Origin: Malacoraja senta
Lineage: Eukaryota
Assembly: GCA_038087875.1 (NCBI GenBank)
Contig: CM075995.1
Location: 6,946,001-7,010,000 of the forward strand
Length of the DNA: 64,000 nt
Direction of reading: 5' to 3'
In this document: positions 50,590-64,000 of the stretch, piece by piece
Position numbering within the stretch: position 1 is the first letter of the stretch
Layout of the letters: every line of letters begins with the position of its first letter
Program-made: the position numbers and the translations under genes
The notes under the pieces: model-generated
Seen by the model: the letters and a program-made list of their open reading frames with translations, nothing else
Database searches by the model: none
What the model was told of the DNA's origin: nothing

Positions 50590-51150
50590 GTCAGATCCAG
50601 GAGGACATCAATGGGTCGATGGTGGAGAGGGTCAAGAACTTCAAATTCCTGGGTGTGCATATTTCCGAAGATCTCTCCTGCTCCCAGAACACTGATGCAA
50701 TCATAAAGAAAGCACATCAGCGCCTCTACTTCCTGAGAAGATTACGGAGAGTCGGCATGTCAAGGAGGACTCTCTCGAACTTCTACAGGTGCACAGTAGA
50801 GAGCATGCTGACCGGTTGCATCGTGGCTTGGTTCGGCAACTTGAGTGCCCAGGAGCGAAAAAGACTGCAAAAAGTAATAACCACTGCCCAGTCCATCATC
50901 GGCTCTGACCTCCCTTCCATCGAGGGGATCTATCGCAGTCGTTGCCTCAAAAAGGCTGGCAGCATCATCAAGGACCCACACCATCCTGGCCACACACTCA
51001 TCTCCCCACTACCTTCAGGTAGAAGGTACAGGAGCCTGAAATCTGCAACATCCAGGTTCAGGAATAGCTACTTCCCCACAGCCATCAGACTATTAAACAC
51101 AACTTCAAACAAACTCCGAACTATAACAGCCTATTGCACTTTATCTGTTT
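50590..51150 (+). mobile_element. Rex1/Babar LINE RT C-terminal region
   Basis: VERVKNFKFLGVHISEDLS...QRLYFLRRL...FYRCTVESML...HPGHTLISPLPSGRRYRS...NSYFPTAIRLLN. Confidence 0.9.
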
Positions 51151-51206
51151 ATATATATATATATATATATATATTCTATGGTATATGGACACACTGATCT
51201 GATATG

Positions 51207-51885
51207 GTTTTTTTTTTTTTTTTTTTTTAATTTTTTTTTTATTTTTTTTAATATTTTTATTTTATTAGAAGTAAGTACAATTGTATACAATCATATTTTC
51301 ATAATACCTTTTATGTACAGCTTCTTATTTAAATTTTTTTTTGAAATAAAGAAGAAAAAGAAAAAAGTTAGATAATGAAAAATAGAAAAATGTGAGATAT
51401 ATAGTGTGTGAAAAATAAAAATAAAGAATGAAATAAGAAAGTTGAGACATAGAAAATAGAAGAAAGAGAATAAATGAAAAGAAAAGAAGAAAAGAAAATA
51501 GAAGGAGATCATTTATAATCTTGACCATCCGCAGTCACGGATTAGCTTTACACCTGTTTTGCACCATACGTTTCCAAAAAGACGACAAATGGAGACCAAC
51601 TCGTTATGAATTGGTCAAATTTATCTATTAGGAGGAATCGCATTTCCTCAAGATGTGCGGTATCCAACATACTTGCAATCCACATTTTGAGCGTTGGTAT
51701 TGGTGTATTTTTCCAAAATTTCAATATTAATTTTTTTGCTATTATTAAAATTTAAAAATTGACTTTTGAGATGAGCTCAATTTATTCCCGTCTTCCATTA
51801 CCCCAAATATAATCAATTCATTATTGGGTTCCATTTTTGTCTTAAATAATTTTGTAAATATTTCGAAAATATCACTCCAAATGAT
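51207..51885 (-). mobile_element. L1-clade LINE 3' end with poly(A) tail
   Basis: Minus-strand remnant AKKLILKFWKNTPIPTLKMWIASML, T-rich 3' UTR, and an A-run at about 51207-51228. Confidence 0.7.
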
Positions 51886-53110
51886 ATGTATTTATGCCTA
51901 CAATATTCTGTTGTGCTGCAGCAAGCAAGAATTTCATTGTCCTATCTGGGACACATGACAATAAACTCTCTTGACTTGAATGAGACAAGTGGGAAGGGGG
52001 AAGGAGAGTAAAACCATTAACTTATGGTAAAAGGGAAATTCCATCCACATGCAGCAGCCTGGGACTGGGCTGGACCGGGCGCCACTACAAGAGGCCGAGC
52101 ACGTGGACCGGACGCGGCCTACAGCGGTGGTGCAGTGGTGGAGGACACCACGGCTACGCTTGGCCAGGCCGGGATCGTGAACTTGATGAAATGGCACCTA
52201 ACATGTTATGCAAAATGAATTTCACTGTGTAACGTCTATTTGCAGGAAAAATGTTCCCATGTTGGGGGAGTCCAGAACCAGGGGTCACACAGTTTAAGCA
52301 TAAGGGGTAGGCCATTTAGGACTGAGACGTTTTCACCCAAGAGAGTTGTGAATCTATGGAATTCTCTGCCACTTTCAATCGAGAGTTAGGTATAGCTGTT
52401 AGGGCTAACGGAATTAAGGGAAATGAGGGGAAAGCAGGAACAGGATACTGATTGTGGATGATCAGCCATGATCATATTGAATGGCCGAAGGGCTCGAAGG
52501 GCCGAATGGCTTACTCCTATTTTCTATGTTTTTATGTTTCTAATTGCATAAAGGTATAGAAGTGTGAAAACGCACACCTCCTGATTCAGGGAGAGTTTCT
52601 TCCCAGCTGTTATCAGGCAACTGAATCACCCTACCACAACCAGAGAGCAGTCCTGAGCTACTATCTACCTCATTGGAGACCCTCGGACTATCCTTGATCG
52701 GACTTTGCTGGCTTTATCTTACACTAAACGTTATTTCCTTATCATGTATCTGTACACTGCGAATGGCTCGACTGTAATCATGTATTGTCTTTCCGCTGAC
52801 TGGATAGCACGCAACAAAAGCTTTTCGCTGTACCTCGGTACAGGTGACAATAAACTAAACTGATATGTGACAATAGGTATCCATCACACCGGAGAAAATC
52901 CACGTGGTCACACAGGGAGAACGTGCAAACTCCGCACCCGAGGTCGGGATCGAACCGGAGTCCCAGGCGCCGTGAGGCAGCAGCACTACCGGCGCTTATT
53001 CCTATTAAATATTCATATAATTCATATAATTAATATTCACTATTCTATTACATGTTAATATAATTAATTATAATTACTAGCAGATTCCTATGAAATATTC
53101 TCCCCCTTCA

Positions 53111-53568
53111 CCTCAAACCGATGAGAGAATGGAGCAGCTGGGTTTGTACACTCTGGAGTTTAGAAGGATGAGAGGGGATCTCATTGAAACATATAAGATT
53201 GTTAAGGGTTTGGACACGCTAGAGGCAGGAAACATGTTCCCGATGTTGGGGGAGTCCAGAACCAGGGGCCACCGTTTAAGAATAAGGAGTAAGCCATTTA
53301 GAACGGAGATGAGGAAACACTTTTTCTCACAGAGAGTGGTGAGTCTGTGGAATTCTCTGCCTCAGAGGGCGGTGGAGGCAGGTTCTCTGGATGCTTTCAA
53401 GAGAGAGCTAGATAGGGCTCTTAAAAATAGCGGAGTCAGGGGATATGGGGAGAAGGCAGGAACGGGGTACTGATTGGGGATGATCAGCCATGATCACATT
53501 GAATGGCGGTGCTGGCTCGAAGGGCCGAATGGCCTACTCCTGCACCTATTGTCTATTGTCTATTGTCT
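53111..53568 (+). mobile_element. CR1 LINE 3' fragment, (ATTGTCT)n-tail subfamily
   Basis: ORF 53090-53473. Confidence 0.93.
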
Positions 53569-53896
53569 ATCTCCTTAAACCATATTGTCACGTGTACCGA
53601 GGTGCAGTGAAAAGCTTTTTTGCTGCATGCTATCCAGTCAGCGGAAAGACAATACATGATTACAATCAGGCCATCCACAGTGTACAGATACAGGATAAAG
53701 GGAATAACATTTAGTGCAAGATAGAGTCTAGTAAAGTCTCCTTTAAATGTTGTTATAGTACCTGCCTCAGTTTAGCTTAGTTTCGAGATACAGCATGGAA
53801 ACAGGCCCTTCGGCCCACTGTGTCCACACCGACCAGCGATCCCTTTACACTAATGCTACTCTACACACTAGGGTTACTTTACCATCTTTACCAAAG

Positions 53897-54552
53897 TGTC
53901 CCACTTAGGCGATGTTTTAGGCAACTGCCGGCGACTGTCATAGTCGTAGCAGGTCGCCGAAAAACCGGCGACTGGACCCCCCCCCCCCCCCCCCACGACA
54001 ATGTCTAGAACAACCAACCACCTAGTCGACGTCAAGCTACGGCAAGCTACCGACAACCGGCGACCATTAGGACGTCCACCTATGAGCACACCTACGACCC
54101 CCTACGACCACACCTATGACCACATAGGCGACAACCTACGACAACCCGAAGTCAACCTACGTCCACAAGTTACGACCAGCTACGACCCTGTCTGCGACAA
54201 CTGAAGACAATTCAGTCGCCGGTACCTGTTGCCGGTTGACGTAGGTTGACGTAGGTAGTCGCCGATGGAATTCACCGAAGTCAGCGCTGGTGACAACCTA
54301 CGTCACCCGGCGACAGCACCTACGTCAGCACCTACATCAGGAGAAGCCAAGCTACGCTCATTGGCGTCAAACCCACTGTCGCCGACTGTCGTAGAAATCT
54401 TTTGAACATGTTGAAAACCCAGCGGCGACCAGAAAAACGCTACGACTCTTTGGGCGACTGAGGAGACTACTCACGACCATACAGGCGACACCCTGGCGAC
54501 GATGTGCGACAGCCTAGTCGCCTGAAGTCACCTAAAAAATAACCTGTGGGAC
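53897..54552. mobile_element. PIF/Harbinger-like MITE (CGAC-rich family), longest copy
   Basis: Eroded TIRs gtcccactt...gtgggac. Internal acgac/cctacgac repeats shared with 16767-17222. Confidence 0.7.
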
Positions 54553-55223
54553 CTACAAACATATATGTCCAGTAAAGTGTCCTTTAAATGTTGTTATAGT
54601 TCCTGTCTCGGTTTAGTTTAATTTAGAGACTACGATATTTTGTCACCTAAAGGTCCAGTATCTGGATCACCGTTTTAATTCTAGCTTTAACCTTGCCTTG
54701 GCCTCAATTTAGACTTTACTTTGGAGATACAGCGCGAAAAACAGACCCTTTACCCCATCAATTCCACACCGACCCCCGATCCCTGCACACTGTCTGTTTT
54801 ACCAGAAGGTTGAGTGGGCTGGGAGTCTATTCCCTGGAGCGCAGGAGGATGAGGGGTGATCTTACCGAGGTGTATAAAATCAAGAGAGGAATAGATCGGG
54901 TAGACGCACAGAGTCTCTTGCCCAGAGTGGGGGAATCGAGGACCAGAGGACATAGGTTGAAGGTGAAGGGGAAAAGATTTAATAGGAATCTGAGGGGTAA
55001 CTTTTTCACGCAAAGGGTGGTGGGTGCCGGAGGAGGTAGTTGAGGCTGGGACTAAACCAATGTTCAACAAAGGCACATGGATAGGACAGGTTTGGAGGGA
55101 TATGGACCAAGCGCAGGCAGGTGGGACGAGTGTAGCTGGGATATGTTGGCCGGTGTGGGCGTCGGGCCGAAGGGCCTGTTCCCTCACTGTATCTCTCTAT
55201 GACTCTATTGTTGTTGCACTTAC

Positions 55224-55384
55224 ACAGTGGCCTTCCTGGCCTCCAGGTCCGAGCATTCGGAGCCTCCGTCAATTTCCCTGTCGTCCTCCAGGTCTGACAT
55301 GTTGAGGAAATCGAAGCTTTCCAGCACGCTCTCCACGGTCAGGCTGACGCTGGCCGCCCGGCTTCCGCTCACACTCGCTTTGCG
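55224..55384 (-). CDS. RIPOR2: RIPOR2 exon (161 nt, phase 0-2)
   Basis: Acceptor ctgcttgcag|CGC; donor GT|gtaagt. Encodes RKASVSGSRAASVSLTVESVLESFDFLNMSDLEDD... Confidence 0.93.
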
Positions 55385-57499
55385 CTGCAAGCAGAATACA
55401 TCAGAGAAGATCATGGAACCAAACTCCGAGTCTGCCGGCTACAAGAGAAAACAAGTTATCACCATGTTAGAGGCAATAGAGTCATACAGCGTGGAGACAC
55501 AGGCCCTTCGTCCCAATTTTCCCCACACACACCGGCCAACATGTCCCAGCTACACTAGCCCCACCTGCCCACATTTGGTCCATATCCCTCCAAACCTGTC
55601 CTAACCTAACACCTAAGGTCGACAAAAATGTTGGAGAAACTCAGCGGGTGAGGCAGCATCTGTGGAGCGAAGGAATAGGTGACGTTTCGGGTCAAAACTG
55701 AAGAAGGGTCTCGACCCGAAATATCACCTAGTCATTCGCTCCATAGATGCTGCCTCACCCGCTGAGTTTCTCCAGCATTTTTGTCTACCTTAGATTTTTT
55801 CCAGCATCTGCAGTTCTTTCTTAAACTAACCTAACACCTGTTAGGTTTAGCTCTTAGGGCTAACAAAATCAGAGGATATGGGGAGAAAGCAGGAACGGGG
55901 TACTGATTTTGGATGATCAGCCATGATCATATTGAATGGCGGTGCTGGCTTGAAGGGCCGAATGGCCTACCCCTTCACCTATTGTCTATGTTTCTATACA
56001 TGTCCCATGTTTCTTAAACGTTGGGATTGTCCCAGCCTCGACTCCCTCCTCCGGCAACTCGTTCCATACTTGTGTGTAAAAGTTACCACTCAGGTTCCCA
56101 TTAAATCTTTTCCCCCTTCATCTTAAACCTATGTCCTCTGGTCCTTGATTCACCTACTCTGGGCACGAGACTGTGTTTACCAGATTGTTGTTTTTAACGG
56201 AAAGAATATGTCGCAGAAACAGGAACAAAAATCAATTTAAAGACAAGGCTGGAACTGCTGCAATTCGACCCTTGAAAAACACTCGAGGGTCGCTTGGTTC
56301 AACACTGTATGGGATATAACTAGTGGTGGACACCGGCTGTTCTTTGGAAGACCTGATAGAAGTATATAAAACAGCACCTCTATTTTGTTTGAGGCAGCTT
56401 ACAATACAGCGACATGAATATTGGTTTCTCTAATTTCAATTAACCCTAGCTTGGATAGAGTGGATGTGGAGAGGATGCTTCCACCAGTGGGAGAGTCTAG
56501 GACCAGAGGTCAAAGCCTCAGAATTAAAGGACGTTCCTTTAGGAAGGAGATGAGGAGGAATTTCTTTAGTCAGAGGCTGGTGAATATGTGGAATTCTTTG
56601 CCGCAAAATATTTTTAAGGGAGCGATAGATAGATTCTTCATAGGAGCGGGTGTCAGGGATTATGGGGAAAGGCAGGAGAATGGGGTTAGGAGGGAGAGAT
56701 AGATCAACCAATGTTAAATGATGGAGTAGACTTGATGGGCCGAATGGCCTAATTCTACTCCTACCACTTATGACCTTATGACCTGCAGATCTTTCCTAAA
56801 ATAAACTAAACCATTACTTGTCATAAGCTTTATCCGTCCATTCCCTTCATTCCATGTGCCTATCTAAAATAAATATATAACTTAGAATAATTCCATGTTG
56901 AGGGCACACATTATTGAACAGAAGCGTTTGAAAGCACTAAAAGTTATTCCCTTATAGAATAACTCAAATTTCACTGTACCTTAACTGGTTAAGTGACAAT
57001 AAATGCGAACTTGAGCTTGAACTTGAAATCTAGAAACGTAGAAAAATAGGTGCGGGAGTAGGCCATTCGGCACCACCATTCAACATGATCACGGCTGATC
57101 ATTCACAATCAGTGTCCCGTTCCTGCTTTCTCACCATATCCCTTGAGTCCCTTAGCCCTAAGAGCTAAATCTAACTCTCTCTTGAAAACATCCAGCGAAT
57201 TGGCCTCCACTGCCTTCTGTGGCAGAGATTTCCGCAGATTCACAACTCTCTGGGTGGAAAAGATTTTCCTCATTTCAGTCCTATTCTTAAATCCCTTATT
57301 CTTAAAACGTGACCCCTGGTTCTGGACTACCCCAACATGGGGAACATTTTTCCTGCATCTAGCCTGTCCAATCCCTCAAGAATTTTATATGTTCTATAAG
57401 ATCTCCTCTCATCCTTCTAAATTCCAGTAAGGAATATAAGCCCAGTCGATCCATCAGATTCACAACTCTCCGGGTGAAAAAGGTTTTTCCTCATCTCAG

Positions 57500-58015
57500 T
57501 AGGGTTGCCAACTTTCTCACTCCCAAATAAGGGACAAAAGGTCAAAATAAGGGACAAATTCCCGACGGCAATTCGTTGACTGACTGGGCCGTGGCTGGGT
57601 GAATGATGAGTTGGCCCGGGTGCTGGACTGCACACAAAGCCCAGCCGGCGGGCCAGCTGAGGAGTTTTGGCCCGGGAGCCCGCGACGTCGCGCCCAAAGT
57701 CCGGCACCCAGTCCAACTCATGAACTGACGATCGGCCATGAGAAGGAGGGGTGGTGGTGGTGTTGGCGGTAAGCGAAGGACCGAAGGTCGGACAGCTGGC
57801 CGGGCTGCCGACCGACGGGGCCACGGGCGATGCCCTGCTGCTGCTGCTGCTGCACTCCATGGGCTGCACTACGTCGGGACGGGTGAGGCGGGGACGTTCC
57901 CCTCTACCCGAGTAGTAGCAGTCAAATACGGGACAAGGGCGGTTCTGTATGGGACAAACTAATTTAGCCCAATATACGGGATATCCCGGCTAATACGGGA
58001 CAGTTGGCAACCCTA
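57500..58015. mobile_element. hAT-like MITE inserted in a CR1 fragment
   Basis: TIRs TAGGGTTGCCAAC and GTTGGCAACCCTA. Subterminal AATA(A/C)GGGACA repeats. tctcag on both flanks. Confidence 0.8.
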
Positions 58016-58204
58016 TTCTCAGTCCTAAATGGCCTACCCCTTATTCTTAAACTATGACCCCTGGTTCTGGATCATATATCTATATACACTGCAAATGTAT
58101 CGATTGTAATCATGTATTGTCTTTTCCGCTGACTGGTTAGCACGCAACAAAAAGCTTTTCACTGTACCTCGGTACACGTGACGATAAACTGAACTCAAAC
58201 TGAC

Positions 58205-58888
58205 CTTCAGCAAGTCCTCCAGTCGCATGACCTCCTGATCCAAGTCGTGAAGTTCCTTGTAGTGCTCCTTGTGCGGTTCCAGCGAGAGAAGAAGACTTTG
58301 CAGAGCTTCCTCCAGGCTCATCGTCGAGGCGGGCCGGGTTCCCGCGTAATCGCCGTGGACGAAGCGCCCGGAGTCTTGGCCGTCGGACGAGGCCAGCCCG
58401 CCTTCCGTGGACTTCAACCTCTTCACCAGCTGCTTGGTCAGATTCCCTTCGTCGGGGCCCAGCTCCACGGGCCTCAGGTAGGACGCCTCCTCTGCGTCCT
58501 GAAGGATCCCCACGGGGACGTTGGTCTCCAGCAACAACATGTCCCCTTCCCGGCCGACCGGCGGGTGGCCGCACGTCGACGTCTCTCCAGTGTCCGTGGT
58601 CTCCTCCTGAACCGTGTCCGATACCAGCGCCACTGGATCGCCCATTCCCTCGACCGTCTGAGTTTGCGGAGGCTGAGATACCTCCTCCTCCTCCTCCTCC
58701 TCCTCCTCCTCCTCTTGAAACTCGGGTGGAGTCAACGTGATTTCGGGGCGGGTGTAGACGCGATCGCTGGACGCCTTGCTGGGCTGTGGGAGAGAGCCGC
58801 CGTCTACCAGACACCGCTGGCTGAGAGAGGTGGATGATTTGCCAAGCGAGCATCCGTCGTCTGAGATATCGTCCTCAAGCTGCGAAGG
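58205..58888 (-). CDS. RIPOR2: RIPOR2 large internal exon (684 nt, phase 0-0)
   Basis: Acceptor cctgttgcag|CCT; donor AAG|gtcagt. Encodes PSQLEDDI...PEITLTPPEF...LRPVELGPDEGNLTKQLVKRL...LEPHKEHYKELHDLDQEVMRLEDLLK. Confidence 0.93.
58682..58714 (-). repeat. (GAG)11 coding repeat, poly-Glu in RIPOR2
   Basis: Seen directly inside the large exon. Confidence 0.9.
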
Positions 58889-59052
58889 CTGCAACAGGTA
58901 AAGTCCTAGTTAGCAAACCATCATCAGGTGAATCAGTCGACAGAGAGTGTGTACCTCAGCATACAAGATGGCCGCCTTGGCGAACTGCTGATCAAAATGG
59001 ACCATCATTACGCCTGTAATCCATATGCCAGGCAGCCATTTTACCAGGCAGT

Positions 59053-62000
59053 ATGTATACTCTGGAATTTAGAAGGATGAGAGGGAATCTCATTGAGACA
59101 TATAAGATTATTAAGGGTTTGGACACGCTAGAGGCAGGAAACATGTTCCCGATGTTGGGGGAGTCCAGAACCAGGGGCCGCAGTTTAAGAATAAGGGGGA
59201 GGCCATTTAGAACGGAGACGAGGAAAAACTTTTTCTCACAGAGAGTGGTGAGTCTGTGGAAATCTCTGCCTCAGAAGGCAGTGGAAGCCGATTCTCTGGA
59301 TGCTTTCAAGAGAGAGCTAGACAGAGTCAAGTGACATGGGGGAAAAAAGGCAGGAACGGGGTACCGAGTGTGGATGATCAGCCATGATCACCGTGAATGG
59401 CGGTGCTGGCTCGCAGGGCCGAATGGCCTACTCCTGCACCTATTGTCTCTTGAGAATGACCCCAGGAGATGATTGGGTTAACGTACGATGAGCCAATTAT
59501 CCGCTGTAACCCAGTGAGCTTTGTAAGGCGCTGGTCTGACCAACACCAATCAAGAATCTGTCTATCTCTGCCTTAAAAATATCCACTGACTTGGCCTCTA
59601 GATTCACCACCCTCTGTCTAAAGAAATTTCTCCTCATCGACTTCCTAAAAGAACGTCCTTTAATTCTGATGCTATGACCTCTCGATCTAGACTCTCCCAC
59701 TAGATCCTCTCCACATCCACTCTATCCAAGCCTTTCACTATTCTGTATGTTTCAATGAGGTCCCCCCTCATTCTTCTAAACTCCAGCGAGTACAGGCCCA
59801 GTGCCGACAAGCGTTCATCATATGTTAACCCACTCATTCCTGGGATCATTTGGAGTATTGTGAGAGGTTTGGGGCCCCATATCTGAGGAAGGATGTGCTG
59901 GCATTGGAAAGGGTCCAGAGGAGGTTTACAAGCATGATCCTGGGGATGAGTGGGTTAACATATGATGAGCGTTTGACGGCACTTTGCCTGTGCTCACTGG
60001 AGTTTAGAAGGATGAGGGAGGACCTCATTGAAACTTACCGAATAGTGAAAGGCCTGGATAGAGTGGATGTGCAGGGGATGTTTCCATTAGTGAGAGAGCC
60101 TAGGACCAGAGGGCACAGCTTCAGAACAAAAGGACGTACTTTCAGAAAGGAGATGAGGAGGACGTTCTTTTAGGATAAATTTCTTCAGTCAGAGGGTGGT
60201 GAATCTGTGGAATTCATTACCACAGACTGCTGCGGAGGCCACGTCAATGGATATTATTAAGGTTTATTAGATTGATAGATTCTTGATTAGTACGGGTGTC
60301 AGGGGTTACGGGGAGAAGGCAGGGGAATGGGGTTAGGAGGGAGAGATAGATGAGCCATGATTGAATGGCAGAGTATACTTGATGGGCTGAACGGCCTACT
60401 TCTGCTCCTAGAACATGAAATTATGATGTTTAATGATGTGGGTTTTTTTTTACACTTAGAGAGTGGTGGCTGCCTGGAATGTGATGCCAGGGGGTGGTGG
60501 TGGAGTCATATACGATCGAAATGATCCGTAGGGAATTGGGGGATATGGATCATGTGCAGGCAGATGCGATTAGTTGAACTTGGCATTATGTTCGGCACGG
60601 CTAATGTGGGCTGAAGGGCCTGTTCATGTGCTGTACTGTTCCATGTTTCTGTGTCAGGCAATTCCATTGTCCTATCTGGGACACATGACAATAAACTCTC
60701 TTGACTTGACTTATTGATTAACGTACAGAATAATGAAAGGCATAGATAGAGTGGATGTGGAGAGGATGTTTCCACTGGTGGGAGAGTCGAGGACCAGAGG
60801 TCATAGCCTCAAAATTGAAGGGCGCTCTTTTAGAAAGGAGGTGAGGAGGAACTTCTTTACTCAGACGGCAGTTAATCTGCGGAACACATTGCCACAGAGG
60901 GCAGTGGATGCCAAGGGAGTGGGTATTTTTAAGGCCGAGATCGACAAATTCTTGATTAGAACGGGTGTCAAGGGTTATGGGGAGAAGGCGGGAAAATGGG
61001 AGTAGGAGGCAGAGATCAGCCATGATTGAATGGCGGAGTGGGCTCGATGGGCCGAATGGCCTAATTCTCCTCCTATAACTTGTGAACGTGAAATGAGCGG
61101 CTGGGAGGTGCCGCAGGTCGGGTTGGTGTTTGTTCTTCAAAGGTGGGCAAACGTTTGGGCAATGCACATGTGCCGTTAACGTGCGTGGGGTACAGGTCGG
61201 AAACTGATCCATGAATCTCAGTCGCCAAGGCCAATGAAGGAAAAGAGCCATCTCCGTTCTCAAAAGAAGGAACCATAGAAACGCACACAGTGTCATTATT
61301 CATGAGCCAGTCTTCTAGCATAAATAATGATATAAACAAACTTGATGACTCGCTTCTCGAAGAAGCAAAACGTGAAGAGGCACACATCTGTCTCTAAAAC
61401 CTGCATCGTTAGTAACTCGAATCGGCATTCAAATCAAAGGCCTGTCACGGGTGGTATATTCCTTCAAGACCATTCTTGCCATTGAGGGAGTGCAGCGTGG
61501 GTTCACCAGATTAATTCCCGGGATGGGGGAGTCCAGAACCAGGGGCCACAGTTTAAGAATAAGGAGTAAGCCATTTTGAACGGAGATGAGGAAACACTTT
61601 TTTACCCAGAGAGTTGTGAGTCTGTGGAATTCTCGGCCTCAGAGGGTGGTGGAGGCGGGTTCCCTGGATGCTTTCAAGAGAGAGTTAGACAGAGGTCTTA
61701 AAGATAGCGGAGTCAGGGGATATGGGGAGAAGGCAGGAACGGGGTACTGATTGTGGATGATCAGCCATGATCACATTGAATTCCTGGCTCGAAGGGTCAA
61801 ATGGCCTACTCCTGCACCTATTGTCTGTTGTCTATTGTATTCACTGGAATTTAGAAGGATGAGCGGGTATCTTATAGAAACATATAAAATTATTAAGGGA
61901 TTGGACACGGCAGATGCAGGAAACATGTTCCCGATGTTGGGGGAGTTCAGAACCAAGAGTCACAGTTTAACAATTTAGAACTGAGATGAGGAAAAACATT

Positions 62001-62235
62001 TTCACCCAGAGAGATGTGAATTTGTGGAATTCTCTGCCACAGAGGGCAGTGGAGGCCGATTCACTGGATGCATTCAAAAGAGAGTTAGATAGAGCTCATA
62101 GGGCTAGCGGAATCAAGGGATATGGGGAGAAGGCAGGAACGGGGTACTGATTGTGGATGATCAGCCATGATCACAGTGAATGGCGGTGCTGGCTCGAAGT
62201 GCCAAATGGCCTGCTCCTGCACCCATTTCCTATGA
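59053..62235. mobile_element. Cluster of CR1 3' fragments (59053-59450, 59460-60410, 60720-61085, 61470-62235) around a unique island at 61086-61470
   Basis: Repeated [30 protein letters not shown] peptides and CR1 tails. Confidence 0.85.
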
Positions 62236-62754
62236 GACATATAACGAACCTCCATCCAAATTTGGAGATGCATAAGCTCACACAAACAGCTAGCAGGGTG
62301 GCGCAGTGGTAGTGTTGCTGCCTTACAGCGCGTACAGCGGGCTTCCTGTTTCCACCCACGCTCCAAAGATGTACAGGTTTGTAGGTTAATTGCTTCGGTA
62401 AAATTGTTAAATTGTCCCGAGTGTGTGTAGGATAGTGCTAGTGGGCCAGGTGATGGCTGGGCTGGGCTGGGTCGGGTCGGTGGGCCGAAGGTCCTGTTTC
62501 CAAGCTGTATCTCTAACGTCTAGAATTCTAAAGTCTACAGTGAAAAGCCTTTTGTTGCACGCTAACCGGTCAGTGGAAAGACTGGACACGATTACAATCA
62601 TGTGTGTCCACAGTGTACAGATATAGGATAAAGGGCTACAGAGAATGCTTTTAGTCTTTTAGACTTCTCAGTGTTGGTTACTCACTGGGGCCAAACAATG
62701 GAGGGACCTTTTGATTGAATATGAAAAAAATAATTTAGTTTGATTTACTTTAAT

Positions 62755-63045
62755 TTACAGATACAGCACAGAAACAGGCCCTTCGGCCCACCAGGTCCAC
62801 GCCATCCAGCGATCACCCCGTACACTAGCACCATCCTACACACACGAGGGGCAATTTACTATTTTTATTGAAGCCAATTAACGTCTTTGCAGTGCGGGAG
62901 GAAACCGGAGCACCCGGCGAAAACCCACGCAGGTCACAGGGAGAACGTACAAACTCCGTACAGACAGCACCCGTGGTCGGGATCGAACCCGGGTTCTCCG
63001 GTGCTGGGAGGCAGCGACTCTACCGCTGCGCCTCCGTGCCACTGC
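62755..63045 (-). mobile_element. HE1-like V-SINE
   Basis: tRNA-like head, V-domain and tail. Further copies at about 18530-18820, 22805-22960, 23380-23497, 28405-28552, 44445-44615, 49075-49315 and 62295-62515. Confidence 0.85.
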
Positions 63046-63567
63046 TTTGCACCTGGTTGACATTCACAAGGAACAGCAGATGCTGGATTACACCAAAGAT
63101 AGACACAAAGTGCCGGAGTAACTCAGCGGGTCAGGCAGCAACCCTGGAGAGCGTGGGAAGGCAATGTTTAGAGTCGGGACCCTTCTTCAGACTGATTGCC
63201 GGGCAGTGGGAAAGAAAGCTGCAAATGAGATTTTCATTTCGAAAAAGGTCCCGATCTGAAACAATGCCTTTCCATGTTCTCCACGGATGCTGCCAGACAC
63301 GCTAGTTATTCCAGCACTTTGTGTCTTTTTTTGTAAACCAGCACCTGCAGTTCCTTGGCTCCACTATCTAGAGTCTAACGGCCTGGAATATCGAGATGTG
63401 ACATTTAGTGATGAAGGAAAATGAGATGCTTATATCTTGACGGAAAAATTGGGAATTAGGTTTAATGTCATCTGTAATTGTTCTGCAGTGGTTGTCACTT
63501 ATACAAGAAGATGCCTGTCTATCTCCAGTTTTTGCTTCTTCACCCAAACACGAGAATTGAAATGGAA

Positions 63568-63741
63568 CACGCACACACATGCACACACTCACACATGCAC
63601 ACACACACACACACACGCGCACACATGCACACACGCACATGCACACTCACATACGTGCACAAATGCACTCACTCACATATGCACATACACACACTCACAT
63701 TCACACACACTCACACTCACACACACACACACACACACACT

Positions 63742-63772
<31 letters not shown>

Positions 63773-63911
63773 AAACACACTCACACAGCACACACACAAA
63801 CACACACACGCACACTCACACTCACACACACACTCACACACTCACACACACACACACTCACACACAAACACAAACACACTCACGAAGCATGCTCTCACTC
63901 ACACACACTCA

Positions 63912-63944
<33 letters not shown>

Positions 63945-64000
63945 ATTCACACACACACACACACTCACTCACACTCACACTCACACTCACACACTCACAC
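63568..64000. repeat. Imperfect (CA)n/(CACT)n microsatellite running off the window end
   Basis: Seen directly. Confidence 0.95.

Noticed and set aside
58137..58853. Alternative-frame and antisense ORFs over the large RIPOR2 exon
   Set aside because: They are shadow ORFs expected from GC-rich coding sequence, with no independent support.

Overview
Eukaryotic genomic DNA, very probably from a cartilaginous fish (skate/ray-like), judged from abundant HE1-like V-SINEs and HER1-like CR1 LINEs. Most of the window is transposable-element sequence. It holds the 3' half of RIPOR2 (FAM65B) on the minus strand: ten coding exons from 58888 to the stop at 20670, all GT-AG with consistent phases. Downstream on the same strand is an ARMH2 (C6orf229) homologue at about 9478-10603, in the order I recall for human 6p22. 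This ARMH2 copy has no in-frame ATG and no AG at the expected exon-2 acceptor. The repeats include many CR1 LINEs (one near full length), a young Mag-like Gypsy element with a nested insertion, an ERV integrase/PPT/LTR remnant, Rex1/Babar LINE pieces and GC-rich derivatives, L1/Tx1 3' ends, PIF/Harbinger and hAT MITEs, a Helitron-like terminus and Penelope-like elements. The Penelope terminal repeats carry minimal hammerhead-ribozyme cores and often form palindromes. I found no prokaryote-type system. Homology calls come from recalled sequences, not database searches.
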